NCBI GenBank assembly: GCA_040402015.1
Contig: JBBANI010000002.1
Span: 46,456-110,455 of the forward strand
DNA from: Ilumatobacteraceae bacterium
Lineage (GTDB): Bacteria; Actinomycetota; Acidimicrobiia; Acidimicrobiales; Ilumatobacteraceae
Length of the DNA: 64,000 nt
Reading direction: 5' to 3'
Shown here: piece after piece, positions 47,732 through 57,227 of the stretch
Position numbering within the stretch: the first letter of the stretch is position 1
Layout: each line of letters starts with the position of its first letter
The notes under the pieces: model-generated
Seen by the model: the letters and a program-made list of their open reading frames with translations, nothing else
Databases searched by the model: none
What the model was told of the DNA's origin: nothing
Position numbers and translations under genes: made by a program

Positions 47732-48418
47732 TCACCGCTTGATTAGGTTCGCAAACCATTCGTCAGGGTTATCAATACGACCACGCAATGAATCCCACGT
47801 GCGTGCGATTCCGTCTCGGCCACGTTGCGGGTGGGAAGCAATATGGTCAGCAACAGCTTGGGAACGATTCAGAACTTCACCGTCTGCAACCACCTCTGAC
47901 ACCAGCCCAAGTGCAACCATGTCAGCGCCCACAATGCGGTCACCCACTAGAACAACTCTGTCTGCAACCGCTTGTGAATGTTTCAGGTGCAACCAGGCCT
48001 GACACATTGGGGCTGGAACACCCATTGCAATTTCACCTACTTGCAGAAAAGACGATTCTCCGGCAACAACAATATTTGCGGCCAATGCAAGGGCTGCACC
48101 AGCGTTAATGGCATACCTTTCAAGAGCTACCACTACAGGCACACGACACTTGTAGATCGCAGCGTGTACTTCTACCCACGCGGTCAATGGTTCATTCTTT
48201 AGGTCTGCGCCTGCGATTTTTAGATCGATACCGCTACAAAATGCTCCGCCAGAGCCTGACAACAAAATACAACCAACTTCAGAAGGAACGTTCAAAAACG
48301 CATCGCGCAATTCAACTGCCAGTTGTTGTGTGATTGCATTCTTTCGGTCTGGACGATTCAGAACAATGTCGAGACGATTCCCCACTCGCTCAACATGCAC
48401 ATTGCTTTCAGTTGACAT
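47732..48418 (-). CDS. enoyl-CoA hydratase/isomerase (crotonase) family
   Basis: 228 aa with NRPDRKNA and the GSGGAFCSGIDL oxyanion motif. Confidence 0.85.
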   Translation of the reverse strand: MSTESNVHVERVGNRLDIVLNRPDRKNAITQQLAVELRDAFLNVPSEVGCILLSGSGGAFCSGIDLKIAGADLKNEPLTAWVEVHAAIYKCRVPVVVALERYAINAGAALALAANIVVAGESSFLQVGEIAMGVPAPMCQAWLHLKHSQAVADRVVLVGDRIVGADMVALGLVSEVVADGEVLNRSQAVADHIASHPQRGRDGIARTWDSLRGRIDNPDEWFANLIKR

Positions 48419-48421
48419 GAT

Positions 48422-49225
48422 TTACCCCACCCTTGCTGACATGCCACCATCAACTGGCAACAAAACTCCCGTAATAAATTTCGCATCGTCCGAGGCCAGG
48501 AATAGGACTGCATGCGCTGTGTCCCATGCTGTCCCCATTTTTCCGTTGAGCGGCACGCGAGCACTGCGAGCAGTTCGTGTTGCTTCCACGGTCTGGCCCG
48601 TGTTTTCGGCAATGCCGCCGACTGCCATCGGTGTATCCATCAAGCCGGGCAACACTGCATTACAACGAATCCCGTATTTGGCATTACTGAGCGCAGTATT
48701 CAATGTCAATCGATTCACAGCTGCCTTCGAGACTTCATACGCCAACTGGGTTGCACCAGCAAGCGAAGCCAAGGAAGAAATATTAATAATCGAACCATGT
48801 CGCTGCGAGCGCATCACAGGAAGGACAGCTTTAATAACTGACCATGTGCCCGTGAAATTTACATCAAAGGTTTTTGTGAACACTTCTTCATCTGCGATGT
48901 GCGCAGGTCCGTCACCTTTCATCCCAATTCCCACGTTGTTCACAACAATGTCAATATGCCCCAAAGCGACATGAGCTTCGTTCAGCATGGCCGCAACATC
49001 TGGAGCATTCGTTATGTCAGCACGTCCCGAAAATGCCGAGCCTCCCGATGCAATAATTTCTGCAGCCGTTGACTGGGCGCGTTCCAGTATTCGATCAACG
49101 CAGAAAACAACCGCTCCTTGCGCGGCGCACAGCAGTGCTGTTGCTTTTCCATTACCGATGGTTTCACCAGGAGTTTGCCCGGCACCAACAACAATGACCG
49201 TTTTACCTTGTAGGCGATCACTCAT
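48422..49225 (-). CDS. short-chain dehydrogenase/reductase
   Basis: VGAGQTPGETIG cofactor loop, NNVG and YEVSK (YxxxK). Confidence 0.85.
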   Translation of the reverse strand: MSDRLQGKTVIVVGAGQTPGETIGNGKATALLCAAQGAVVFCVDRILERAQSTAAEIIASGGSAFSGRADITNAPDVAAMLNEAHVALGHIDIVVNNVGIGMKGDGPAHIADEEVFTKTFDVNFTGTWSVIKAVLPVMRSQRHGSIINISSLASLAGATQLAYEVSKAAVNRLTLNTALSNAKYGIRCNAVLPGLMDTPMAVGGIAENTGQTVEATRTARSARVPLNGKMGTAWDTAHAVLFLASDDAKFITGVLLPVDGGMSARVG

Positions 49226-49244
49226 ACGTTGATGCTAGTTCTCG

Positions 49245-50837
49245 TTACCGACCTGGCTTGTAGGTGCCATACACATCACGAAGGGCATCGCTGACTTCGC
49301 CGAGAGTTGCATGGGCGCGCAGAGCTTCTTTCATAGGAATCAGGATGTTGTCTGTGCCACGAGCAGCAGCACGAACCTCTTCAAGAAGTGCAGCAACTTT
49401 GGCGTGATCGCGATTCTCTTTGAACTTCTTCAGACGAGCCAATTGGCCAACAGCAAGACTTGGGTCAATAGGAAACACGTTCGGCTCCCCTTCGCCTTCT
49501 ACTGTGAACTTGTTTACGCCGACAATGATGCGCTCGTCGTCGTCAATTGACTTTGTGTACTCGTACGCACTCTGTTCAATTTCGTCCATTTGGAAGCCAG
49601 CTTCAATAGCATCAACAGCGCCGCCCATTGCATCAATGCGTTCGATGTATTCCCACGCAAGACGTTCCACTTCATCAGTCAATGATTCAACAAAGTATGA
49701 ACCCGCAAGAGGGTCAGGAGTATCAATTACTCCGCTTTCATATCCGATCACTTGCTGTGTGCGCAATGCAATACGAGCTGCTGCTTCTGTTGGCAGACCT
49801 AATGCTTCGTCATAACCATTTGTGTGCAGGCTCTGTGTTCCACCCATTACTGCGGCAAGAGACTGTAGCGCCACGCGCACCACGTTGTTCAGTGGTTGCT
49901 GAGCTGTCAGCGTACTGCCACCTGTTTGTGTGTGGAAGCGCAACAATTTGCTTGATTCTTTCTTTGCACCAAAACGCTCAGTCATAATCTTGTGCCACAT
50001 ACGACGGCTAGCACGGAATTTCGCCACTTCTTCGAAGAAGTTGTTGTGACCATTCCAAAAGAATGACAAACGAGGAGCGAAATCATCGACATCGAGACCT
50101 GCATCAACTGCTGCTTGAACATATGCGATGGCGTTAGCCAACGTAAACGCAATTTCTTGTACAGCAGAACTGCCAGCCTCACGAATGTGATACCCAGAAA
50201 TGGAGATGGTGTTCCATTTCGGGATATTCTGGGCGCAGTACGCAAAAATATCTGTGATGATGCGCATTGACGGACGCGGTGGGTACACATACGTGCCGCG
50301 AGCAATATATTCCTTCAACAAGTCGTTCTGAATTGTGCCGCTAATAGCGGATGACGGAACGCCCTGCTCTTCTGCAACCAATTCGTACATCAACAACAGA
50401 ACGGCAGCAGTTGAGTTGATAGTCATTGAGGTTGACACTTTGTCGAGCGGCAGATCCTTCAGCAACATGCGCATGTCTTCAAGGGTGTCGATAGCAACAC
50501 CTACTTTGCCGACCTCACCTTCACTACGGGTGTGGTCAGAGTCATACCCCATTTGGGTCGGCAAGTCGAACGCACATGACAGTCCTGTTTGGCCTGCCTC
50601 AAGAAGAAACTTGAATCGCTGGTTGGTTGACTCGGCAGATCCAAATCCGGCGTACTGACGCATGGTCCACAATTTGCCTCTGTACATCGTGGGGTACACA
50701 CCACGGGTGTAGGGCGCTGTTCCTGGAAGACCCAGTTGCGTTGCTGGGTCCCAACGGGCGAGGTCATCGGCCGAATAGAGAGGGGCAATATCAATGCCAG
50801 AGTCGGTGCGCTTTATTTCATCAGCCATGGGGGTCAA
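49245..50837 (-). CDS. methylmalonyl-CoA mutase-family catalytic (large, N-terminal TIM-barrel) subunit without a B12-binding domain
   Basis: 530 aa with [34 protein letters not shown] and [11 protein letters not shown]. It ends before any DxHxxG cobalamin-binding domain. Confidence 0.85.
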   Translation of the reverse strand: MTPMADEIKRTDSGIDIAPLYSADDLARWDPATQLGLPGTAPYTRGVYPTMYRGKLWTMRQYAGFGSAESTNQRFKFLLEAGQTGLSCAFDLPTQMGYDSDHTRSEGEVGKVGVAIDTLEDMRMLLKDLPLDKVSTSMTINSTAAVLLLMYELVAEEQGVPSSAISGTIQNDLLKEYIARGTYVYPPRPSMRIITDIFAYCAQNIPKWNTISISGYHIREAGSSAVQEIAFTLANAIAYVQAAVDAGLDVDDFAPRLSFFWNGHNNFFEEVAKFRASRRMWHKIMTERFGAKKESSKLLRFHTQTGGSTLTAQQPLNNVVRVALQSLAAVMGGTQSLHTNGYDEALGLPTEAAARIALRTQQVIGYESGVIDTPDPLAGSYFVESLTDEVERLAWEYIERIDAMGGAVDAIEAGFQMDEIEQSAYEYTKSIDDDERIIVGVNKFTVEGEGEPNVFPIDPSLAVGQLARLKKFKENRDHAKVAALLEEVRAAARGTDNILIPMKEALRAHATLGEVSDALRDVYGTYKPGR

Positions 50838-50879
50838 GCGTACGAGCCACCACCGCTAGCGACATATTTCTAGAAATTT

Positions 50880-51272
50880 TCAGGATGCGGCCACGAGGCT
50901 TATTTCAATAAGCCACTCTGCCCGAGCAAGGGCCGGAACAGTCACAAGGGTGCTTGCCGCCCTATGATCTGCCATCACTTCATCTCGTACGGCCATGACA
51001 GAGGCCAGATCAGCTGTCAGCGTGTCTCGAGCCACCACATATGTGGTGATGCTGACGATGTGTGAGACGCCCATCTGGGCGGCGCGCAGGATTTCGAGCA
51101 AATTGGCCCACACCACACGCGTTTGCCCTTCTAGGGAGGGTGGAACAGTGCCATCAGGCATGGTGGGTACGACCCCCGATGTGAACACCATTGACTGTGC
51201 GCCATCCACTTTCACGGCATGTGCGTACTTGGCAGCCGGAGCCCCCATGTGATCTGGCTGTATTTGACTCAT
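50880..51272 (-). CDS. RidA/YjgF-family protein
   Basis: About 130 aa from MSQIQPD. YjgF-fold pattern (VFTSGVVP..IVSITTYV..LIEISLVA). The 81-aa N-terminal extension of the 211-aa ORF is antisense to the aldolase gene and was rejected. Confidence 0.7.
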   Translation of the reverse strand: MSQIQPDHMGAPAAKYAHAVKVDGAQSMVFTSGVVPTMPDGTVPPSLEGQTRVVWANLLEILRAAQMGVSHIVSITTYVVARDTLTADLASVMAVRDEVMADHRAASTLVTVPALARAEWLIEISLVAAS

Positions 51273-51306
51273 TCCCATAGTCACCATTGTGGCGTATTGT
51301 GAAGCT

Positions 51307-52140
51307 ATGACCATCACACACGATGCACCCGCAGAGACCCGCATGATCGACGGCATTCCGTTGACTCCAAAGCAGGTCACCATTCTTGGCCAAGAAGCTC
51401 TTGCTCCTGCCGCCAACGTTGCCGAAGAGCGTCTTCGTCGCAAGCAAAAACTTGCTGGCGCATTGCGTATCTTTGGTCGACTCGGATTCGGTGAAGGAGT
51501 TGCCGGACACATCACAGTCCGTGACCCAGAGTTCCCCGATCATTTCTGGGTGAACCCACTCGGATTGTCATTTCGCCATATGCGCGTGTCTGACCTCATC
51601 TTGGTAAACCATCATGGTGAAGTTGTGTACGGCAAGTACGCAGTGAACCGTGCAGCATATGTGTTGCACGCAGCTGTGCATACAGCTCGTCCCGATGTCA
51701 TTGCAGCAGCGCACGCACACTCTGTATACGGAAAAGCATTCAGTTCGCTTGGTATCCAACTTGATGCATTGACTCAAGACTCATGTGCGTTCTACGAAAA
51801 CAATGTTGTTATTTCAGAACATGGTGGCGCAGTCGTATTCGAAGAATCAGCAGGACGTGACTTTGCTGAAGCCTTCGGCAATAACCGCGCAGCAATTCAC
51901 CAAAACCATGGCCACTTCACAGTGGGCGCCAGTGTTGATGAAGCAGTGTTCTGGTTTGTTTGTTTCGAACGGTGCGCACAGGCTCAACTTGCAGCTATGG
52001 CAGCAGGCACCCCGAAGCACATCCCTCATGATTCAGCTGTGTACACGCGCGAAAACGCAGGGAACGCAATGACAGGTTGGGCACACTTCCAACCACTCTG
52101 GCAAGAGATTTGCCACACAGATCCTGAACTTTTCGATTAA
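51307..52140 (+). CDS. class II aldolase/adducin-family protein
   Basis: GHITVRD..FWVNP.., HAAVHTARPDVIAAAHAHS (His metal ligands). Confidence 0.8.
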   Translation: MTITHDAPAETRMIDGIPLTPKQVTILGQEALAPAANVAEERLRRKQKLAGALRIFGRLGFGEGVAGHITVRDPEFPDHFWVNPLGLSFRHMRVSDLILVNHHGEVVYGKYAVNRAAYVLHAAVHTARPDVIAAAHAHSVYGKAFSSLGIQLDALTQDSCAFYENNVVISEHGGAVVFEESAGRDFAEAFGNNRAAIHQNHGHFTVGASVDEAVFWFVCFERCAQAQLAAMAAGTPKHIPHDSAVYTRENAGNAMTGWAHFQPLWQEICHTDPELFD

Positions 52141-52156
52141 CTAGCGAAAGTCTTTC

Positions 52157-53053
52157 GTGACCTCACATGAGAGGTTGCGCGCTGATCGTATTTTCAACGC
52201 CGCACCGCCTGAACTTTTCTTCATACTGTCTGCGGTTGCCCAGTACACCGGCGCAATAATTGCCGTTCATTTATTTGACGATATTTCGCCTGCAACCGTT
52301 GCGTGGCTCCGCGTACTCAGTGCATCATTAATTCTGCTTGCGTTTTCATTTCGGCAATCACCCCGACGTTGGAGCCGTCGCGAACTGTATTGGGTGGCAG
52401 CGTTCGGTGCATCAACTGCGTTAATGAACTTGTTCTTTTACTTAGCACTTGACCGTCTTCCACTCGGCAAAGGTGTCACCATTGAGTTCATCGGACCAAT
52501 AACCGTTGCCGCGCTTCGCACGCGTTCGGTGCGCAATACGGTTGCATTGTTGTCGGCCGCAGTCGGTGTCATTGTCTTAGGTGGTGTTGAACTAGGCAAC
52601 GAACCATTAGGGCTCGTGTTCATCTTGGCTGCTTCTGTTATGTGGGCCGGCTACATCGTGATGGGTTCGCGCGTCGCACTCGCGGACAGAGGAGTGTCGG
52701 GCCTCGCGCTCGGTTTGCTTTTCGGAGGCATTGTGATCACTCCATTTGCTGCAGGTGACGCGGGAGCAGCATTTTCAAGTGGCAAAATATTGATCGGATG
52801 CATTCTCGTTGGATTGCTGTCAAACGCCATTGGGTACGGTATTGATCAAGCCACTCTTCGTCGCATTCCAATTCGACGTTTTTCTGTCATGTTGGCGTTA
52901 CTTCCCGTGTGCGCCACGATTTTTGGATTTGTATTTCTGAATCAATCCCCCAGCGTGCTTGACCTTCTTGGAATGGCTTTAGTTTTAACAGGCGTTGCAG
53001 TGCAAGAGCGAGACGAGACAGACCGCCACCCTGAGGTGGTCGAGACCACCTAG
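52157..53053 (+). CDS. EamA/DMT-family transporter
   Basis: 298 aa with 10 hydrophobic segments in two repeated halves. GTG start. Confidence 0.8.
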   Translation: MTSHERLRADRIFNAAPPELFFILSAVAQYTGAIIAVHLFDDISPATVAWLRVLSASLILLAFSFRQSPRRWSRRELYWVAAFGASTALMNLFFYLALDRLPLGKGVTIEFIGPITVAALRTRSVRNTVALLSAAVGVIVLGGVELGNEPLGLVFILAASVMWAGYIVMGSRVALADRGVSGLALGLLFGGIVITPFAAGDAGAAFSSGKILIGCILVGLLSNAIGYGIDQATLRRIPIRRFSVMLALLPVCATIFGFVFLNQSPSVLDLLGMALVLTGVAVQERDETDRHPEVVETT

Positions 53054-53064
53054 CGTGGTATCTC

Positions 53065-55479
53065 ATGGCATCTCCGACAAGACCTCTTCACCGTGTCGGC
53101 ATCTTGCTTGTATTCGTATCGCTACTAACGTCATCTATCTCATCCGCGCCAAGTATCGCCGTTCGTGCTGACTCACTTGCCTCACTTCCTGCACTCGGTG
53201 TCGTGATTCGCGGTCACGGAAACGGTCACGGTCGCGGCCTTAGTCAATACGGTTCACTTGGTTGGGCAACCAAACTCGGATCATCGTGGCAGGACATTTT
53301 GAATTTCTATTACGGCGGAAGCGGCCGTACTGTTGCAACACTCACTGAAGCGGATGCAGCTGCGACACCAGGAGGAATCATGAGCGTTCGTCTGCAAACG
53401 CTTGATGTAAGACCTACAGCCGTCATCTCTGACAACATCACTGCATCATGGGGAGGTGCTGCTGGCACATACGGCGGTCTTGTCGCTCGCATGGTCTCCA
53501 CAAATGTGTACGACGTGTACGGCACTGCTAGCGCAACATGCGCGGCCGATACCGACAACCCCACAGGATTCACCCTTATTGGCGACAATGTTGCCGGTCC
53601 TATTGATTTTGTTTCTGCAAATGGTTCTAATGTGGCCGCCATTGCACCGACAGACCTGCTCGGCGTGTGCGAGCCACCGTCCACTACTTACAAGACTGGC
53701 CGCATTCGTTATTACCGCGGGAGCATTCGAGCAACAATTGATATTTTGGGAAATCGCCGAACCGTCAACCTTCTCAACGCTGAGTCGTACTTGCGCGGAG
53801 TAGTGCCGCGTGAGTCTCCTGCCGGATGGGGCGACATGGCTGGCGGACTTGGCATGAACGCATTGCGTGCCCAGTCAGTTGCAGCCCGAAGTTACTCACT
53901 GTCTGAGGCTCGATATTCATATGCCAAAACATGCGATACCGAAGATTGTCAAGTGTATGGCGGAGCCGGATTGCGAACAGTTGGCTCTAAAACCGCAAGC
54001 GTAATTGAAGACAAACGTACCGACCAGGCCATTGCTGATACCACCGGATACGTCATCAAAGATTCGCGAAACACCATTATGCGTACCGAATTCACCTCCT
54101 CGAATGGTGGACGAACAGCAGGCGGGCAATTTCCCGCCCAAATCGACAATGGCGATATCGCAGCCGACGCAGCATTGCAGTCGTGGTCTCAACTTTTGTC
54201 GGCTACAGATTTACAGAAAGCATTCCCCACTATCGGTGTTTTCACCTCAATGACTACATCACATGACGGACTTGGTGGCGACTGGAACGGATACACAACG
54301 TCCGTAGTAATCACGGGCACTGCAGGCTCAGTCACTCGCACCGGCGGACAATTCCGCAATGACTTCGACTTAAATTCGTCGTGGTTCGAGGCGTTTCCCG
54401 TTGCAGCCACCGACCCAGCATCGCCTTCTGTTGGTTCAATACTATTTGTCGGCGACTCTGTTGGCGAAAGCATCGCAACTGAATTCGCCGCAATTGTCAC
54501 TCCGGCGTATCCAGTAATGAATTACCAATCATGCGCTGGTCGAGGAATGGCTGGCGCTGGCTGTCTCTTCACTGTCACTGCACCACAAATTAATAGTGAT
54601 GGCGTAGGTGTAGTCAATTCACTTGATGCACCTGCCATAGCCATTGTTGAATTGGGATACAACGATGACCCAGCCACATTTGAAGGCGAAGTGCAACAGA
54701 TGTTGGCCGCACTCATCTCCAAGGCCGTTCAACGGGTGATATTTGTCAATATGTCCACGCGGTCGACCACTCGTAACTATGCAAAGTCGAACGCCGTTCT
54801 CACTGCAGTTGCAGCGACAAATCCGGGAGTCACCATTTTCGATTGGAATGCAGCATCATCATCTGCGAATCAATGGAGATGGTTCGACAACAAATCGTTA
54901 TGTTGTTACGTCCACCTGTCTACAACAGGACAAGCAGAGTTCGCATTATTCTTGCGTCAACAACTTGATGCCTTGCGTCCTGCAGGTACTCTGCCAACGA
55001 CAGCTACTATTGCGCCTTTGATGCTGGGCCTCCCTCTTGCCAAAAAGAACGCAGGGGCTATGGTGACTGTCGTTCAAAAGAAACTAAATCTCGCACTTCA
55101 ACTTGTAGGTAAAACACGACTCGCAATCGATGGCGCATTTGGCTCCGGCACTGAACGCGCAGTCAAAGCTTTTCAAACTTCGTCAAACCTTCCTGTGACA
55201 GGCATCGTAGACAGAGCCACATGGGATGCATTAGGGCTTGCAGGACGTATCGATCTTGCAGTTCTCAAGGTCGGATCACGCCACCCAGCGGTGACTTCGC
55301 TTCAACAAGCACTTTCTAAAGTAATGAAAAAGAAAATCGCAACAACTGGAGTATTCTCAGTTGCACTTGCAAATGACGTGAAGCTGTTTCAGAAGCGAGT
55401 TAAGTTGCCCGTCAACGGACGAGTTGGGCCAAGCACCTGGAACGTCTTGACCGCTACAGTTGCACTTTCTCGCCCTTAA
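53065..55479 (+). CDS. secreted SpoIID/LytB-domain + SGNH-hydrolase-like + 2x peptidoglycan-binding (PG_binding_1) protein
   Basis: Signal peptide present. SpoIID motifs GHGNGHGRGLSQYG, AESYLRGVVPRE..ALRAQSVAARSY, CDTEDCQVYGG and TSSNGGRT. SGNH-like blocks FVGDSVGES and ELGYNDD. Two DGAFGSGTERAVKAFQ..LPVTGIVD..TW-type repeats lie at the C-terminus. Confidence 0.8.
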   Translation: MASPTRPLHRVGILLVFVSLLTSSISSAPSIAVRADSLASLPALGVVIRGHGNGHGRGLSQYGSLGWATKLGSSWQDILNFYYGGSGRTVATLTEADAAATPGGIMSVRLQTLDVRPTAVISDNITASWGGAAGTYGGLVARMVSTNVYDVYGTASATCAADTDNPTGFTLIGDNVAGPIDFVSANGSNVAAIAPTDLLGVCEPPSTTYKTGRIRYYRGSIRATIDILGNRRTVNLLNAESYLRGVVPRESPAGWGDMAGGLGMNALRAQSVAARSYSLSEARYSYAKTCDTEDCQVYGGAGLRTVGSKTASVIEDKRTDQAIADTTGYVIKDSRNTIMRTEFTSSNGGRTAGGQFPAQIDNGDIAADAALQSWSQLLSATDLQKAFPTIGVFTSMTTSHDGLGGDWNGYTTSVVITGTAGSVTRTGGQFRNDFDLNSSWFEAFPVAATDPASPSVGSILFVGDSVGESIATEFAAIVTPAYPVMNYQSCAGRGMAGAGCLFTVTAPQINSDGVGVVNSLDAPAIAIVELGYNDDPATFEGEVQQMLAALISKAVQRVIFVNMSTRSTTRNYAKSNAVLTAVAATNPGVTIFDWNAASSSANQWRWFDNKSLCCYVHLSTTGQAEFALFLRQQLDALRPAGTLPTTATIAPLMLGLPLAKKNAGAMVTVVQKKLNLALQLVGKTRLAIDGAFGSGTERAVKAFQTSSNLPVTGIVDRATWDALGLAGRIDLAVLKVGSRHPAVTSLQQALSKVMKKKIATTGVFSVALANDVKLFQKRVKLPVNGRVGPSTWNVLTATVALSRP

Positions 55480-57217
55480 AGCGAGCATTCCAGGATGCAT
55501 CACTTACCATGGCGATGTATCCGTCGCGATATTCACGCTTCAAACGCTTGTAGGTGCGCACAATACGCAACGTATAACGGAACACATCGCGCTGGATTGC
55601 CATAAATCGTTTGTAGTCACGCTCACAGATAAAGCCTTCATCGAAACGGGGATGACGATACAAAATCTTGTTATGTCGAATGGCAAGACCTACGGCACGG
55701 ACATCTATCTGTGCGACGCCGACTTCGTTGGCGCGTAAAAACCTTGGAACCCACTGACCAGCGCCAAGAAATGGAGAAAGCAAGAACCCGCCCAGGCGAA
55801 TGATCTTTGGTCGTGGCGCTGTGAAGCCCAGACTGAGAAGTTCTGGTGTCAATGGCATCGCTTTTTCTTCGGTACCGTGCCGCACCTCTTCATGTTTTGC
55901 TGAATGATCAATTTTCATCCATTCAGCTGGCCCAGCAAGGAAATCTTTCATTCCGTGAATCATGTATTCGGCGCTTGAATATCGATGCGAATACGCATTG
56001 CGGAAACCGAAGCCCAAGAAGCGCCACGCAAGGTGATACCACTTATGGTTATCAAACACCAAGGTGTCAATCAGTGCAAAGTTGCGTACTTCGTAATACA
56101 ACGACATCGGGTTGTTCTTTAGCGCAAAGTCTGCATGCCACACAGCAATGCCATTTAACGTGACTGTGTGTCGACCGGTATGCATCAGGCCAAAAGCCAC
56201 ATCATCACCACGCACAAAGACGGGAAGCGGATTTTGAGGAGCTACCTGCATAGGAAACGCTGTGAACCACCACGCGGAATAATGAATGTCTGGTTCGAGA
56301 TGATCGTGCACTACTTCGTAACGGCTCCGAAGGTCTACGCCGCGACCAAGAGCGCGCAACGGATACACCGAACGGAATTCATATGCAGACCCAGCTTCGA
56401 ATTGCATCCACGGCAATTCTTCGCTCATCATCGCGCCATGAATACACAAGTCTGGATCTTTGGAATAGGAAAAGAGCGAAATAGTACGAACGATTGATTC
56501 GGGCTCAATCGAAATGTCATCGTCCATAAAGACAACGTGCGTGCTCCACCCTTCATCACGAAAAGCAATAAGCCCCCGAGCAAAGCCACCCGCACCACCC
56601 AAGTTCGGGTTCGGCAACACACGCACTGGTGCACCTGTGGGCAATTGTGGTTCAAGATTGCGGGCGTTGTCTACCACCAGAACGTGCAGATGCCCATGCA
56701 CGGACGGTTCTGATGATTCAAGTGCAACCAACCGTTCAATTGTCTTCAGAACATACTCTTGGCGATTAAAGGTGGTGATCGAAACGCCAAGACGAACTTC
56801 ACGTTCAGGCGCTTGCGACGTTGACCAGGATCCAGACCGCACAACGACACCATCATCAAGTGCAGTGACCGCCACATATAACGACTCCGCAGCCAATGAT
56901 CGAATATTGTCGCACCGCAACGTTGCGCATTCATCAGACGACGCAATCACTGTCTCTGCTGAATTGGCATAGGCGATGAGTTCAACTAAACAATGGCCTG
57001 ATACATCCATCGAGACAACAATGTCTGAGATGTTCGTGAGGCGACTCCATCGACCAGATGCAAAGGCACCAAACGCAGTGTCAAAGGTTGCGCGTCCTCC
57101 TTTTGACAGTGTTAGTCCTGCCTCACCAATAACGCCATGTTGGTGCCGCACATACAAAGTGGGCTCGGAGAACCCCGACGCCGGAATCTGAATTCGGGCT
57201 AGGAGGTGGGCATTCAC
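55454..57217 (-). CDS. glfT2: GT2 galactofuranosyltransferase, GlfT2-like
   Basis: 587 aa. It is collinear with my recollection of mycobacterial GlfT2: GVSITTFNR, NPNLGGAGGFARG, FMDDDISIEPESI, WWFTAFP, VRGDDVAFGL and TLNGIAVWH. It lies immediately downstream of glf, as in mycobacteria. Confidence 0.75.
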   Translation of the reverse strand: MNAHLLARIQIPASGFSEPTLYVRHQHGVIGEAGLTLSKGGRATFDTAFGAFASGRWSRLTNISDIVVSMDVSGHCLVELIAYANSAETVIASSDECATLRCDNIRSLAAESLYVAVTALDDGVVVRSGSWSTSQAPEREVRLGVSITTFNRQEYVLKTIERLVALESSEPSVHGHLHVLVVDNARNLEPQLPTGAPVRVLPNPNLGGAGGFARGLIAFRDEGWSTHVVFMDDDISIEPESIVRTISLFSYSKDPDLCIHGAMMSEELPWMQFEAGSAYEFRSVYPLRALGRGVDLRSRYEVVHDHLEPDIHYSAWWFTAFPMQVAPQNPLPVFVRGDDVAFGLMHTGRHTVTLNGIAVWHADFALKNNPMSLYYEVRNFALIDTLVFDNHKWYHLAWRFLGFGFRNAYSHRYSSAEYMIHGMKDFLAGPAEWMKIDHSAKHEEVRHGTEEKAMPLTPELLSLGFTAPRPKIIRLGGFLLSPFLGAGQWVPRFLRANEVGVAQIDVRAVGLAIRHNKILYRHPRFDEGFICERDYKRFMAIQRDVFRYTLRIVRTYKRLKREYRDGYIAMVSDASWNARFKGEKVQL

Positions 57218-57227
57218 CCGTCTAGTT

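Noticed and set aside
48330-48974. 214-aa plus-strand ORF
   Set aside because: It lies antisense to the crotonase and SDR genes and looks like a shadow ORF.
50880-51515. 211-aa version of the RidA ORF
   Set aside because: The N-terminal 81 aa are Pro/Arg/Ser/Ala-rich and antisense to the start of the divergent aldolase gene. The YjgF-fold similarity begins only at MSQIQPD (start 51272).
52141-52156. Possible hairpin cgaaag-t-ctttcg after the aldolase gene
   Set aside because: The loop is too small for the full stem, leaving only about 4 bp, and no U-tract follows. It is not a credible terminator.
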